Part shown: piece after piece, positions 24,401 through 37,439 of the stretch
Layout of the letters: every line of letters begins with the position of its first letter
How positions within the stretch are numbered: position 1 is the first letter of the stretch
Assembly: GCA_035221665.1 (NCBI GenBank)
Contig: CM069160.1
Coordinates: 34,410,001-34,474,000, forward strand
Reading direction: 5' to 3'
DNA from: Okamejei kenojei
Taxonomy: Eukaryota
Length of the DNA: 64,000 bases
Position numbers and translations under genes: made by a program
The notes under the pieces: generated by a model
Database searches by the model: none
What the model saw: only the letters and a program-made list of their open reading frames with translations
What the model was told of the DNA's origin: nothing

Positions 24401-26116
24401 TAAGGGTATTGTGTGTGTTTCCTTTAAGGAATTGTAAGCAATGGGGAGGTTATTGTAAGGTAATATGGACAACGCTTTGTATCATCGAAACTTAAAAAGG
24501 GGAAGTTTGGAAATGTAGGTTGCATGCTTCTATAGATGTCTTTTCAGTAAAGTTAATTTGGAAAATTGTTAGTCGTAATGTTTTAAACTAGGAATTGGAA
24601 TTGGGAATTGTAGGATAATGGTTGTGAACAAAATTAGAAATAATTTAATTGCCTGACAACAAGCACTTTATGGTTTGTTTAGATAAACATTCTGTTGGAG
24701 AAGGGTAATAAATTAATGGGGCCCAGGAAAAAAAAAAAAGGGTTGGCAGACAATGATGTTCAATAAAGTGAAGTTTGTTTTACTTCAGAGAAAGACAGAT
24801 GGTCAGACAGGCGGAGAAGGGTTACAGGATTAAAGCGGGAGCAGTAAAATATCCCATTACTCGCGCGATTGGAGTAACCAAACAGAAAAAGTTGAGAGAT
24901 CCTCAGGGAGATATATAAACAATGGAATTAGAGAAGGCCTTTCCAAGTGGGCAGAATTTCGAACCGGGCTTTTGAAAATCAGCAGAATAAGGACAACCTA
25001 TGACAGTGTTTATTACAAAGATTAAGGAAGAATGTCCAGCATAATTCGGAGGATAGACCCTGATACGGCCGCAAGGTCCAGCAGTTTGTGAAGGTTAATT
25101 TTGTAACAAAATCAGGGCCAGATATTAGAAAGAAATTGGAAAACAATTGGAAGATTAGAATGAAAAACCATTGAATCAGTTGTTTAAACAGAGGCTCTAA
25201 CGGTATATTCAATTCAGAATTCAGATTCAGATTCCTTTATTGTCATTCAGACCTTTTGGTCTGAACGAAATTTGTTACCTTGCAGTCATAACATGTAATA
25301 AATTAAATATACAAAACAAACACAATAAACCACATATTTAACATCCCACCACAGTGAGTTCACCAGGCACCCTCTCACTGTGGTGGAAGGCAAAAGTCTA
25401 AAGTCTTTTGTCTTTTCCCCTATTGTTCCCCCTCTGTACTGAGCAATCCAGGCCTTCGATGTCCATCATCCACTAGGCCCTCGGCCCGAGCCTCCGTAGC
25501 CAGGCCGTCACCCGCCGCCGTTGCCGGAACGCCGAACACCATCACAGCTCCCAATCAGGATCGACCACGGGAACGCTGGAGCGCCGGAGCTCTGAAGCCC
25601 GGCCGACCGCCGGAGCAAAAACCGCTGGAGAGCTCGCTGGAAGCGCCGAAGCCCCGAAGCCGGGCCGCCGCTTAGCCCAACCGCCGGAGAGCCGCTGGAG
25701 CGCCGAAGCCGTCCCGGTGCCGCTGCTGGAGCACCGCTGAGAGCCGCTGGAGCCGCTGAGCGCCGAAGCCCCAAAAGCCGGCCGCCGCTGGACCACCGCG
25801 CCTAGAAGCCGCTGCGAGCGCCGAAGCCGGGCCGCTGCTGGAGCACAAAACACCCGCTGGAGAGCCGCAGGAGCGCCGAAGCCCGGCCGCTGCTGGAGCA
25901 ACCGCTGAGCAAACTTGCCGGAGCGCCAGAAAGCCCCCGAAGCCGGGCCGTTGCCGACCGCTGGAAAACACTGGAGCTCCGAACGCTCGCCACAGCTCCG
26001 AGGCCACCAGGCTCCGTCCATTAGCCTCACACAGAACGGAGACACGACAAGAAAAAGTCGCATTCCCCTCCTCCGCCCGAAGGGAGAGACTAAGAACCCT
26101 GTTTCTCCCACCTCCA

Positions 26117-26189
<73 letters not shown>

Positions 26190-29100
26190 ACACACACACA
26201 AACACAGCCTAATAAACCAAAATTCTAACTAAAACAGACACAAAAAGACGAAAAAAAACAGACGGACTGCAGGTGAGCCGCAGCTGCCACGCAGCGCCGC
26301 CACTTCTGGATATGTAAGACGGGATGAGGAGAAACAGAAGGGAAAGGCAAAAATGATGTTGCAAGCAATACAGCAAGTAGTACAGAAGGGGGGAATTGAA
26401 GGTGATAGAAAGCCGGGTGCTCGTGGAGACCGGGGAAGGGGAAGCAGTAGTATTAGAGGACGAGGAAGAGGTGAATGGAGGGACCGAAGTTGGGGTCCCC
26501 GGGAAAACAAAGAACAAGGATCAGAAGGGTGGTACACGGGGCCACCCCGGTGTTATTATTGTAACGAGGAGGGTTATTTCAAGAGGGAATGTCCCAGGCT
26601 ACGACGGGAGGTGCAGTCGTACGCACTCATGGAGGAAGAATAGGGGAGTCAGGGGTTCCGCTCCCTGGGGTGTATGGGATACACACGGGAACCTCTGGTA
26701 AACTTGAGATTAGGACTCCAGGGAGAGGATATGGTATTTATGGTAATTTGGGAGTGGAGAGATCAAGTGGAACTAAGATACCAGAAGAAATTGGATTAGG
26801 TGAAAAACAAGTCAGAATCTCGGGGGTAGGAGGGAAAGTGATGACATTACCCGAGGTAGAAGGGGTGGTGGTGGTAAAAAATGAGGATCGAGAAGTCAGT
26901 GGAAGATTTTAAAAGGAAGGTGAATAAATTTGCAAAGGAGGATAAACTATCTGAGAAGTAAGACATTGAGTTTAGAATGAGAAAGAAGGCAGATCAGAAA
27001 GGATTAAAGTGGGAAGCAGAGGGATGAATTGATGAGACTGCTTTAGAAAGAAAGAGCGTGAAAAAGGAAAGACAATGTTGTCAGTAACAACAGACCTGGT
27101 TGAAAAGTCTGAAATAAGTAATGCACCGACACACAGTGAGTCCTATAACAGGGGCCAGAGATTACATGCCAATAATAAATGTATTTGGGAGAGTGTTTTC
27201 TCAAATGCCCTATCGGGAGTGAAATAAATCTGGATCTAAGCCCAGACAAGGCTAGTAAGGAGATAGGTAATGGATAAGGTGTGTTGGGGATGTGAACAGG
27301 TACGATAATCAGGAAATAATAATAATAATAATAATAATAATGATCTTAATAATAATATTAAGATAATGGTGAACATAGCTATGGTAAGAACATTAAGATA
27401 TTAAATACACCTAGGCTAGGATGCGGCAGCGTTTTTAATACTAGCGCCGTGTTTTTAATCAGATTGTTGTAGGCAGGATTTTGGAAGGTGTTGATATAGT
27501 ATGTGGATGATTTGTTGGTTTTGTTCCACAAGTGAGGAGCAATGTGAGAGAGAGACATTGTAATTATTATCTTGGAAAAGATGGCACAGGAGGTCATGAT
27601 GTATCAAGGAAGAAGTTTTTGTTTTGTCAGCAGCAGGTAGAATATTTTGGACGAGTAATATCTAAAGAAGTAAAAGCTATAGCGCAGGATCAAATTGGAA
27701 GCTTGCCTGCAATCTTGCTTAGCTCAATTGGCAGAAATTAAGGCTTTAAGAGCAGCATATGTACATGGAGTCTGGCCACATGTTTGGAGAGCAGTAGGGA
27801 AACAGAAAGGCTTTGAGAAAAGCAACGGAGACCCCATGCAAAGTTAGCAGTGTCCCCCTGTGAAATGTTGTTTGGGTTACCTTATTTGGGAAAGATAGAA
27901 GGAATACCCACCATAAAGGGCAGTGATGTATTCTTAAGGAACTATTTACTGGCAGTATCCCGTTCCCTTACAGAATTAAAAGCTAAAGGACTATTGGCTC
28001 AAAGCCCACCACTCGACTTTCCGATACATGCTGTAAAGGCCGGCGACTGGGTACTGTCAAGAATTGGAAGGAGAGAAACTCCAGCCCAGTGGACCGGCCC
28101 ATACCTTGTATTACATGACAACCGAGACAGCAATACGAACAAAAGAAAAAGGGTGGACCCACGCGATCCGGGTTAAAGGACCCGTCGATCCACCCGTTCC
28201 TGATGAGGAGGAACAGTGGACGGTGAAGCCAGGAAACAAACCCCTAACAGTAATTTTTTTTTTTTTAAAAAGCATTGAATGTATAATTGACAGTATGAAA
28301 GGAGCAGTCGTGGTATTGTTTGCTTTGTATGTAATTGTGGTAAAAGGTATTAATAATTGTGATAAATGTTATCATCCTATTCAAAACAGAGGGGTAATAA
28401 AACCAGATCATTTACCTATCATCATCCCATGTGAACAAAAGTATGCCATGACCGAAAAGACTAGAATCATTTCGTCTGCGGGGCCGCAACGAGACTCCAG
28501 GATGGTATGTTGCCTCCCTGGTGCAAAGGTCAGGATGTCACTGAACGGCTGCAGAACATTCTGGAGGGGGAGGGTGAACAGCCAGGTTGTCGTGGTGCAT
28601 GTTGGCACCCAACGATATAGGTAAAAAAAAGGATGAGGTCCTACAAGGTGAATTTAGGGAGCTAGGAGATAAACTTAAAAGTAGGACCTCAAAGGTAGTA
28701 ATCTCCGGATTACTACCAGTACCCTTACGGGGCCAGTCAGAGTAGAAATAGGAGGATAATGCAAATGAATACGTGGCTTGAAAAGTGGTGCAAGGGGGAG
28801 GGATTCAATTTTTTAGGGCACTGGGACCAGTTCTGGGGGAGGTGGGGACCGGTACAAACAGGACGGTTTGCCCTGGAATGGAATGGAACCAATGTTCTTG
28901 GGGGAGTGTTTTGCTAGTGCTGTCGGGGAGGATTTAAACTAATGTGGCAGGGGGATGGGTACAAGAGCAGAGAGGCAGGAAGGGTGTATAAATGAGGGTA
29001 GAAGCATTAGGTAGCAAGGTGAAAGTAAAGTGGCAGGCAGACAAAACCAGGGCAAAAATCAAAAAAAAGGGCCACTTTTTTCAGCAAAATTGTATAAGGG

Positions 29101-32100
29101 GTAAATGCGTTGTAGAGTACAAGCCTGAAGGCTTTGTGTCTCAATGCAAGGAGTATTCGTAATAAGGTGGACGAGTTGAAACGTGCAGATAGATATTAAT
29201 GATTTAGGATATAGTTGGGATCACGGAGACATGGCTCCAGGTTGACGTAGGCTGGGAGCTGAACATCCAGGGATATTCAATAATTCATGGAGGGATAGAG
29301 AGAAAGGAAAAGGAGGTGGGGTAGCGTTGCTGGTTTAGAGAGGAGATTAAAGCAATGGAAAGGAAGGACATTAGGTTGGAGGATGTGGAATCGGTATGGG
29401 TAGAGCTACAAAACACTAAGGGGCAGAAAACGCTGGTGGGTGTTTGTGTACAGAGGCCACCTAACAGTAGCAGAGAAGTTGGGATGGTATCAACGGGAAA
29501 TTAGAAATGCGTTGCGACAAAGGCAAAACAGTTATAATGGGTGACTTCAATCTACATATAGATTGGGTTAATCAAATTGGCAGGGGTGCTGAGGAAGAGG
29601 ATTTTTTGGAATGTATGCGGGATAGTTATCTAAATCAACATGTAGAGGAACCAACGAGAGAGCAGGCTATTTTTAGACTGGGTTTTTGAGTAATGAGGAA
29701 GGGGTAATTAGCCGTCTTGTTGTACGTGCCCCCTTGGGCAAGAGTGACCATAATAATGGTTGTTGAGTTCTTCATTAGGATGGAGAGTGACATTGTTAAT
29801 TCAGAAACAATGGTTCTGAACTTAAAGAAAGGTAACTTTGAGGGTATGAGACGTGAATTGGCCAAGATTGACTGGCAATTAATTCTAAAAGGGTTGACGG
29901 TGGATATACAAATGGAAGACAATTTAAAGACTGCATGGATGAACTACAAAAATTGTTCATCCCAGTTTGGCAAAAGAATAAATCGGGGAAGGTAGTGCAT
30001 CCGTGGATAACAAGGGAAATCAGGGATAGTATCAAAGCAAAAGGATGATGCGTACAAAGTAGCCAGAAAAGCAGCATACCAGAGGACTGGGAGAAATTCA
30101 GAGACCAGCAGAGGAGGACAAAGGGCTTAATTAGGAAAGGAAAAATAGATTATGAAAGAAAACTGGCAGGGAACATAAAAACTGACTGCAAAAGTTTTTA
30201 TAGATATGTGAAGAGAAAGAGGTTAGTTTAAAACAAATGTAGGTCCCTTGCAGTCAGAAACAGGTGAGTTGATCATGGGGAACAAGGATATGGCGGACCA
30301 ATTGAATAACTACTTTGGTTCCGTCTTCACTAAGGAAGACATAAATAATCTGCCTGAAATAGCAGGGGACTGTGGGTCAAAGGAGGAATTGAGTGAAATC
30401 CAGGTCAGTCGGGAAGTGGTGTTGGGTAAATTGAATAGATTAAAGGCCGATAAATCCCCAGGGCCAGATAGGCTGCATCCCAGAGTACTTAAGGAAGTAG
30501 CTCAGGAAATAGTGGATGCATTAGTGATAATCTTTCAAAACTCTTTAGATTCTGGAGTAGTTCCTGAGGATTGGCGGGTAGCAAATGTAACCCCCTCTTT
30601 TTAAGAAGGGAGGGAGAGAGAAAACGGGGAATTACAGACCAGTTAGTCTAACATCGGTAGTGGGGAAACTGCTAGAGTCAGTTATTAAAGATGGGATAGC
30701 AGCACATTTGGAAAGTGGTGAAATCATTGGACAAAGTCAGCATGGATTTACAAAAGGTAAATCATGTCTGACGAATCTTGTGGAATTTTTCGAGGATGTA
30801 ACTAGTGGCGTGGATAAGGGAGAACCAGTGGATGTGGTATATCTGGACTTCCAGAAGGCTTTCGACAAGGTCCCACATAAGAGATTAGTATACAAACTTA
30901 AAGCATACGGTATTAGGGGTTCAGTATTGATGTGGATAGAGAACTGGCTGGCAAACAGGAAGCAAAGAGTAGGAGTAAACGGGTCCTTTTCACAAATGGC
31001 AGGCAGTAACTAGTGGGGACCGCAGGGCTCAGTGCTGGGACCCCAGCTATTTACAATATATATTAATGATCTGGATGAGGGAATTGAAGGCAATATCTCC
31101 AAGTTTGCGGATGACACTAAGCTGGGGGGCAGTGTTCGCTGTGAGGAGGATGCTAGGAGACTGCAGGGTGACTTGGATAGGCTGGGTGAGTGGGCAAATG
31201 TATGGCAGATGCAGTATAATGTGGATAAATGTGAGGTTATCCACTTTGGTGGCAAAAACAGGAAAGCGGACTATTATTTAAATGGTGGCCGATTGGGAAA
31301 AGGGGAGATGCAGCGAGACCTGGGTGTCATGGTACACCAGTCCCATTGAAAGTAGGCATGCAGGTGCAGCAGGCAGTGAAAAAAAGCGAATGGTATGTTA
31401 GCTTTCATAGCAAAAGGATTTGAGTACAGGAGCAGGAGGTTCTACTTCAGTTGTACAGGGTCTTGGTGAGACCACACCTGGAGTATTGCGTACAGTTTTG
31501 GTCTCCAAATCTGAGGAAGGACATTATTGCCATAGAGGGAGTGCAGAGAAGGTTCACCAGACTGATTCCTGGGATGTCAGGACTGTCTTATGAAGAAAGA
31601 CTGGATAGACTCGGTTTATACTCTCTGGAATTTAGGAGATTAAGAGGGGATCTTATAGAAACTTACAAAATTTCTTAAGGGGTTGGACCGGCTAGATGCA
31701 GGAAGATTGTTCCCGATGTTGGGGAAGTCCAGGACAAGGGGTCACAGCTTAAGGATAAGGGGGAAATCCTTTAAGACCGAGATGAGAAAGACTTTCTTCA
31801 CACAGAGAGTGGTGAGTCTCTGGAACTCTCTGCCACAGAGGGTAGTTGAGGCCAGTTCATTGGCTATATTTAAGAGTGAGTTGGATGTGGCCCTTGTGGC
31901 TAAGGGGATCAGAGGGTATGGAGAGAAGGCAGGTACGGGATACTGAGTTGGATGATCAGCCATGATCATATTGAATGGCGGTGCAGGCTCGAAGGGCTGA
32001 ATGGCCTACTCCTGCACCTAATTTCTATGTTTCTATGTTTCTATTTGTAAAGAGAGGGGGAAAGGAGTATTTGATGGCAGGCAATAGGGGGTATATAGGG

Positions 32101-34696
32101 AAGTTTGGGGCCGTTACCTGCCCAAGGGGAGAGAGATGGGTTTGTGTACAGTTAGTTTTCCCTTCTCAGATCGTAAAAGGGGCAATAGATAAGACGAAGG
32201 AGGAAGTAGTAAAAGAGGTTACTAAGGTAGTAGTCACTAAGCCTCTCCCTTCCCCCACATACTCAGCCTCAAGTGCACCAGACAATGTACGAAGAAATCA
32301 AGAAGCAGATCGAAATCCCTGAAGGAGAAAAAAAACTGTTTGTGGACTTGGCCACCCGGATAGCTGGGACCCTGAATGTGACTAACTGTTGGGTCTGCGG
32401 AGGACCACTGATGAATTCACGCTGGCCGTGGAGAGGATCCATTGTTGAAATATGGGACCTGATGGGGTGGAACCTGACAGTTGGACAAGACCGAGATCCC
32501 CAGGTATGGGTCCTGACAGACGCTCCGGTCGGGACTGAGTGTATCGCTAGGCCCTGGGCAAAGGATGCCGTCCTAGTAGGCAGCAGCCCCTGCCAGCGCA
32601 TCGTCACCCAGTGGCCAAATCAGTCCCGAGTGTGGTGGCCAGAGGAGCCTAAATGGTATCTAACTAAGAAATATGGGAAAAACTGCGCTATCCGGATGGA
32701 GATTGATGGAGTGGAATCAGCCGGACTATGGAACTGCACCGGGAATAACCCTTATCAGGGGATCCCAGTATTGCGAGATATATGGAACAAGGTTGCCTCT
32801 AGTGGACAGGCCCCTGAAGGACTGTTATGGATATGTGCATACAAGGCATACTCGGTGTTACCGATGAATTGGAGTGGGACTTGTTTTATTGGACTGGTGC
32901 AACCTGGATTCTTCCTGTTAAACCCCAAAGAAGGCCGGTCGTTAGGAACACCTGTATTTGATGACCTATATCGGAAAAAAAGGAAAATAGACATTGGAGA
33001 ATGGGAAGATGATGAATGGCCACCAGCAAGAATCATCTCATAATACGGACCAGCCACTTGGGCACCGGATGGATCCTGGGGCTACCGAACACCAGTATAC
33101 ATGTTAAACCGGTTCATAAGGCTACAGGCAGTACTGGAGGTAATTACCAACCAAACTGCGGGGGCGCTGGAGATGCTGGCAAAGCAGTAGACGCAGATGA
33201 GAGCAGCAATACACCAGAACAGGTTAGCCCTAGATTACCTACTGGCAGAAGAAGGAGGGGTATGCGGGAAATTCAACCTCTCTAATTGCTGTTTGAACAT
33301 CGATGATAATGGACAGGCAGTGATGGACATATCAGAAGGGATCCGGAAGTTGGCGCATGTTCCAATACAAAAGTGGAATTTGATTATGGGAACCCAATGG
33401 TTGGATTCCATCCTCGGAGGAACATGGTGGAGAACGGTGGGACTTGTGTTTCTATGTGCAGTGGCTGGACTGATCTTTATCCCCTGTTGTATCCCTTGTT
33501 TTAGGGAACTTATTACCAGAAGTATAAGTCAGATGCAGGCTGTAGTCATGCCTATGGGAGAGAAAGGGGAAATACAGAAAATAATGATAATGCGGCCAGG
33601 GGAAGTTTATGATTTACAGGAGCAGAAGGTTAGGACGATGTTACGTCAGTTCGAATTGAAGGAACTTAAAATGAGGGTTTAATCAGTGTATGCGTAGCAA
33701 AAGAAAAAGGGAGGATTGTGAGGGATAAAGTGATTAAACCCTATTAAAGAAAGGAGTTTTAAAGAGAATTCAAACAGAGAGGGGCTGGAGAGAGGATTCT
33801 GACACAGCAAGGAGTGATGGATGGGACCCTTGTCACTATAGCTTAGCTTTAGTACTGATATAGGAAAACTGAGAGGGTTCACTAGGAGGTGAGTAAAACT
33901 GGGCCAGGTCATGAGCAGCTGAGCATGCTTAATAGAATAAATGAATATTACAACACACCCCTGGTTAAGAAATTGATCATTACCATGAACATGTTTGAAC
34001 ATGCAATGTATGATATGGGAGGTGCGAGGGGATGTACGGTGGGATGTACCTACAGATTGTGCACCTCCGACCCTGATTGGAGAAGGGTCCGGAGGGGGGA
34101 TTGAATGTAAGATTTTGTGTATAAAGGGGGGTGATCTCTCTGGCTTCGGTGTGTCTCGAGTTGGAGAGGCACCCGGTCTTCAGACTCGTAAAATAAAGAA
34201 ATCTCTTGCTTCCAGGATTTAGTCTTTGAGTATTAATTGTGAGCATAAAGGGTATCTCACAATTATAAATCAACATTGTTGATTGAACGCTCTTTACCAT
34301 TTGTTCTTTTCACATTTATTGTCAACAATCGGTGTTTTACTTACTCACCTCGAACTCGCAGTTGAGCTGGAGATGTTTCATACTCAGTTCTGTCTGTAAC
34401 TGAACATGTATATTCCCCTTCATCAAACCTTCTTACGTTCTTTATTCTGAGGGAAATGTTCCCTTTGGCCACTTCATCTTTAAACAGTTCGGCCCTTGCT
34501 CTGTAATCCTGGTGTTGAGCGAGGGCGTCATTGTGTCCTTGTCTGTACACGAGGATTGGCGAGGTGAGACCTGACCTCCTCCACTGCACGACCATGTTGC
34601 GGGTCAATATATCTGGGACAAGCTGACATTCCAACACCACATCCCCACCTACAGTGGCTACAAAACCATCGCCCGGTACAATAATGAGAAATTCAC
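13767..34696 (-). CDS. Butyrophilin-like gene copy 2 (IgV-IgC-TM-linker-B30.2), spliced
   Basis: IgV 34696-34349; IgC partly in the gap (21416-21296 visible); TM about 16969-16834; micro-exons about 16243-16218 and 15365-15340; B30.2 14302-13767. The middle exons lie in error-rich sequence, so intactness is unresolved. Confidence 0.7.
21417..21916. other. Assembly gap (others at 39148-39430, 41464-41619, 42778-42951)
   Basis: Runs of N. Confidence 1.
23036..23690 (+). repeat. ERV 5' LTR
   Basis: TGTGAGGGATAAAG...GGTATCTCACA. TATAAA at 23551. Carries a block of about 90 bp that is absent from the 3' LTR. Confidence 0.95.
23694..23712 (+). promoter_or_regulatory. ERV primer-binding site, degenerate tRNA-Pro type
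   Basis: TGGGGGCCCGTTACGCGAT compared with canonical TGGGGGCTCGTCCGGGAT; 3 nt after the LTR. Confidence 0.7.
24900..26643 (+). pseudogene. gag: ERV gag remnant (capsid C-terminus and nucleocapsid)
   Basis: [15 protein letters not shown]; EALTVY|VRRDEEKQK across an insertion; knuckle [14 protein letters not shown] (His replaced by Tyr); TAG at 26641. Confidence 0.8.
25209..26309 (-). mobile_element. Non-autonomous LINE-derived element nested in gag
   Basis: 5' end AAGTGGCGGCGCTG; GC-rich internal repeats (gccgctggagcgccgaagcc); AATAAA plus a (CTGAAT)n tail; ATAT on both flanks. The gag frame rejoins on removal. Confidence 0.75.
26644..28250 (+). pseudogene. pol: ERV pro/pol remnant, heavily deleted
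   Basis: [17 protein letters not shown] protease start; YVDDLL at about 27500; [10 protein letters not shown]; an RNase H trace; integrase C-terminus [21 protein letters not shown]. Confidence 0.8.
28295..33682 (+). pseudogene. env: ERV env (gamma-type, ERV3-like), split by a CR1
   Basis: Signal peptide [16 protein letters not shown]; CWVC motif; furin site RKKR; [19 protein letters not shown]; TM helix. Stops at 33041 and 33188 in an otherwise single frame 32273-33682. Confidence 0.92.
28471..32044 (+). mobile_element. CR1 LINE (ORF1 esterase part and ORF2 EN/RT) nested in env
   Basis: [34 protein letters not shown] and FADDTKL. (TTTCTATG)n tail. Confidence 0.95.
33717..34261 (+). repeat. 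ERV 3' LTR
   Basis: Direct repeat of 23036-23690, preceded by the PPT AAAAGAAAAAGGGAGGAT. Confidence 0.95.
34349..34696 (-). CDS. BTN-like IgV exon (348 nt, intact)
   Basis: cccgcag|GT..CGAG|gtgagt. [56 protein letters not shown] carries the BTN IgV signature. Confidence 0.93.
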
Positions 34697-34754
34697 CTGC
34701 GGGTCAATTCAAATAATTGAAAACATGATTATTTAAGGAATCAATACGGGGAAC

Positions 34755-36210
34755 CTCTTATTGAAGGTTGAGTCACTGGTAGATGAGGTGGTCAAAAAAG
34801 CCTTTGGCTCTTTGGCCTTCATCAGTCAGAGTATTGAGTACAGAGAACTTGGCAGCTCATGTTGCAGTTGTCTAAGATGTTGGTCAGACCGCATTTAGAA
34901 TATTGTGTTCAGTTCTGGGCACCATGTTAAAGAAAAGATATTGTCAAGCTTGAGAATATTCAGAAAATATTTACGAGGATGTTCCCAGAACTAGAGGGTG
35001 TGAGCTATAGGGAGGGGTTCATAGCAAAAGGATTTGAGTATAGGAGCAGGGAGGTTCTACTGCAGTTGTACAGGGTCTTGGTGATACCACACCTGGAGTA
35101 TTGCGTACAGTTTTGGTCTCCTAATCTGAGGAAAGACATTCTTGCCATTGAGGGAGTACAAAGAAGGATCACCAGACTGATTCCTGGGATGTCGGGATTT
35201 TCATTTGAGGAAAGACTGGATAGACTCGGCATGTACTCGCTAGAATTTAGAAGATTGAGGGAGGATCTTATAGAAACTTACAAAATTCTTAACGGGTTGG
35301 ACAGGCTAGATGCAGAAAGATTGTTCCCGATGTTGGGGAAGTCCAGAACAAGGGGTCACAGTTTAAGGATAAGGGGAAAGTCTTTTAGGACCGAGATGAG
35401 AAAAACATTTTTCACACAGAGACTGGTGAATCTCTGGAATTCTCTGCCACAGAGGTAGTTGAGGCCAGTTCTTTGGCTATATTTAAGAGGGAGTTAGATG
35501 TGGGCAGTGTGAATAAGGGGATCAGGGGGTATGGAGAGAAGGCAGGTACGGGATTATTGAGTTGGATGATCAGTCATGATAATATTGAATGGCGGTGCAG
35601 ACTCGAAGGGCTGAATGGCCTACTCCTGCACCTATTTTCCATGTTCTGTAGGCTGGGTCTCTATTCCTTGGAGCACAGGTGGATGAGGGGCAATCTTATA
35701 GAGGTACAAAATCATGAGAGGAATAGATCGGGTAGATGCACAGAGTCTCTTGCCCAGAAGTAGGGGAATCGAGGACCAGAGGACATAGGTTCCAGGTTAT
35801 TAGGTATCTGAGGGGTAATCTTTTCACACAAAGTGGTGGTGGGTGCATGGAACAAGATGCCAGAGGAGGTAATTGAGTTTGGGACTATCCCATCGTTTAA
35901 GGAACGTTTAAGACCAGAGGACACAGGTTCAAGGTGAAGGGGGAAAGATTTAATACGAATCCGAGGGGTACCATTTTGACACAAAGTGTGGCGGGTGTAT
36001 GGAACAAGCTGCCAGATGAGGCAGTTTAGGCTGAGACTATCACATCGCTTAAGAAACAGTTAGACAAATACATGGAGAGGACAGGTTTGGAGGGAAATGG
36101 ACCAAGCGCAGGCATGGGGACCAGCATAGCCTGGACATTGTTGGCCGGTATGGGCGAGTGGGGCCGAAGGGCCGTTTGCACACTGTATCATTCAATGATT
36201 CTATGACTCT
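34755..36210 (+). mobile_element. Nested CR1 3' fragments (one subfamily, about 35018-35648, inside another)
   Basis: Two [11 protein letters not shown]-type segments and two CR1 3' UTRs. Confidence 0.85.
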
Positions 36211-36295
36211 AATGGAGTTAGGGAGGCAGAGATAGATCAGCACCCATAGATCCTGATGGGCGGAATGACCTTAATCTGCTCCTATCACTTATTAC

Positions 36296-36338
36296 CTAAT
36301 GACCTTATAATCCAGGGATGAAGCCAGGATATGAACAT
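36296..36338 (-). CDS. Candidate leader exon of BTN copy 2 (MFISWLHPWIIRSL-G)
   Basis: ATG in an aaaATG context and a phase-1 donor TTAG|gtaat compatible with the IgV exon. Hydrophobicity is only modest. Confidence 0.3.
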
Positions 36339-37439
36339 TTTCACTGGTTGTTCACGATTATTTTTTTTATATAACATTGGGGTCTCAACACCAATCCCCG
36401 TGGGACACAACTCCTTACATCTTGGAACCCTGAGAGTAAAACGATCAGCACCCACTCTCTGCTTCCTGCTATCCCGATTATCCACAAAAATGAAGTTGCC
36501 TCCTACTCCTGCAGGTCCCATCATCGCCCACAGAGGGAGGAAGAACCTCCTTACTGATCGTATTAAGTGATGTGGAGAACTGCATTCAAATGAGCGATTT
36601 TAAAATATGAATCTTCTGACCCCATGAAGCCCCCTCCATGAGATAAATAAATAGAAATCAGACCAGATGTTGTGGTCATTACCGTGGACTGAGCTGAGGA
36701 TCCCGTGCAGTAACAACACAGCGCAGTGAACCTCTCCCATCCCAGTGGAGGGGTCAGTGCCTGAGGGTGAGAGAGAGAGAGAGAAATGTTAGACCCGTGA
36801 TGGGCGGGAAGCTGTGACCCCCCCTCCTCCTCCGTCCCCGCTGCCGGTGTCCACCACCCCCACTCACTGTTGAGATAAGTGCCCTCGGACAGCGCTGACC
36901 CGGGGGGTAGGGTGGGGGCTGTCGGGAGGGATGCGATCCTGCGACCGCTTACACCTTTGTGCTCGGGTTCAGAGCAAACCTTCCTGCTTTCAATGACAGC
37001 ACCCACAAATATTTATAGCACAAAAAATGTCCATTTTGGCGGATTTTAACAGGTAAGAAGGTTCGCGTTCCGTGTGTTAACAGTATATGCCGGAGGCTGC
37101 CTTGTCCTCCACATTGCTGGAACTGCTCCATGCGTCACGCCCTTTGACCCGATGACCTTACGGGCAACCCCGCTGTATGTTTCAGTAAGATTTCCTCTCA
37201 TCTGTCTAAATTCCAGAGTAGGAAGTGAGGAAACGTGTTACACAGGAGGCAGTCGCTGTGAGATTCGGGTTCAGTTACATTCATATGTTAAAGAAGGCAA
37301 TGCACATGCTGGAAAATCGAGGGTACACAAAAGGCTGGAGAAACTCAGCGGGTGCAGCAGCATCTAAGGAGCGAAGGAAATAGGCGACGTTTCGGGCCGA
37401 AACCCTTCTTCAGACTGAAACATTCATATGTTCCCAGCA

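Larger units (their letters stand above)
23036..34261 (+). mobile_element. Class I endogenous retrovirus (defective provirus), antisense in the BTN IgV-IgC intron
   Basis: TG..CA LTRs at 23036-23690 and 33717-34261. TSD ATTAT at 23031-23035 and 34262-34266. PBS at 23694 and PPT ending at 33716. gag-pro-pol-env remnants in order. Confidence 0.95.

Noticed and set aside
25508-26232. Ala/Arg/Gly-rich ORFs and a long poly-C run
   Set aside because: These are GC-rich tandem repeats inside a retroelement, and the homopolymer length is unreliable.
32273-33682. Domesticated syncytin-like env gene
   Set aside because: This copy has two stops, a frameshift near 32270 and a 3.6-kb CR1 separating it from its signal peptide.
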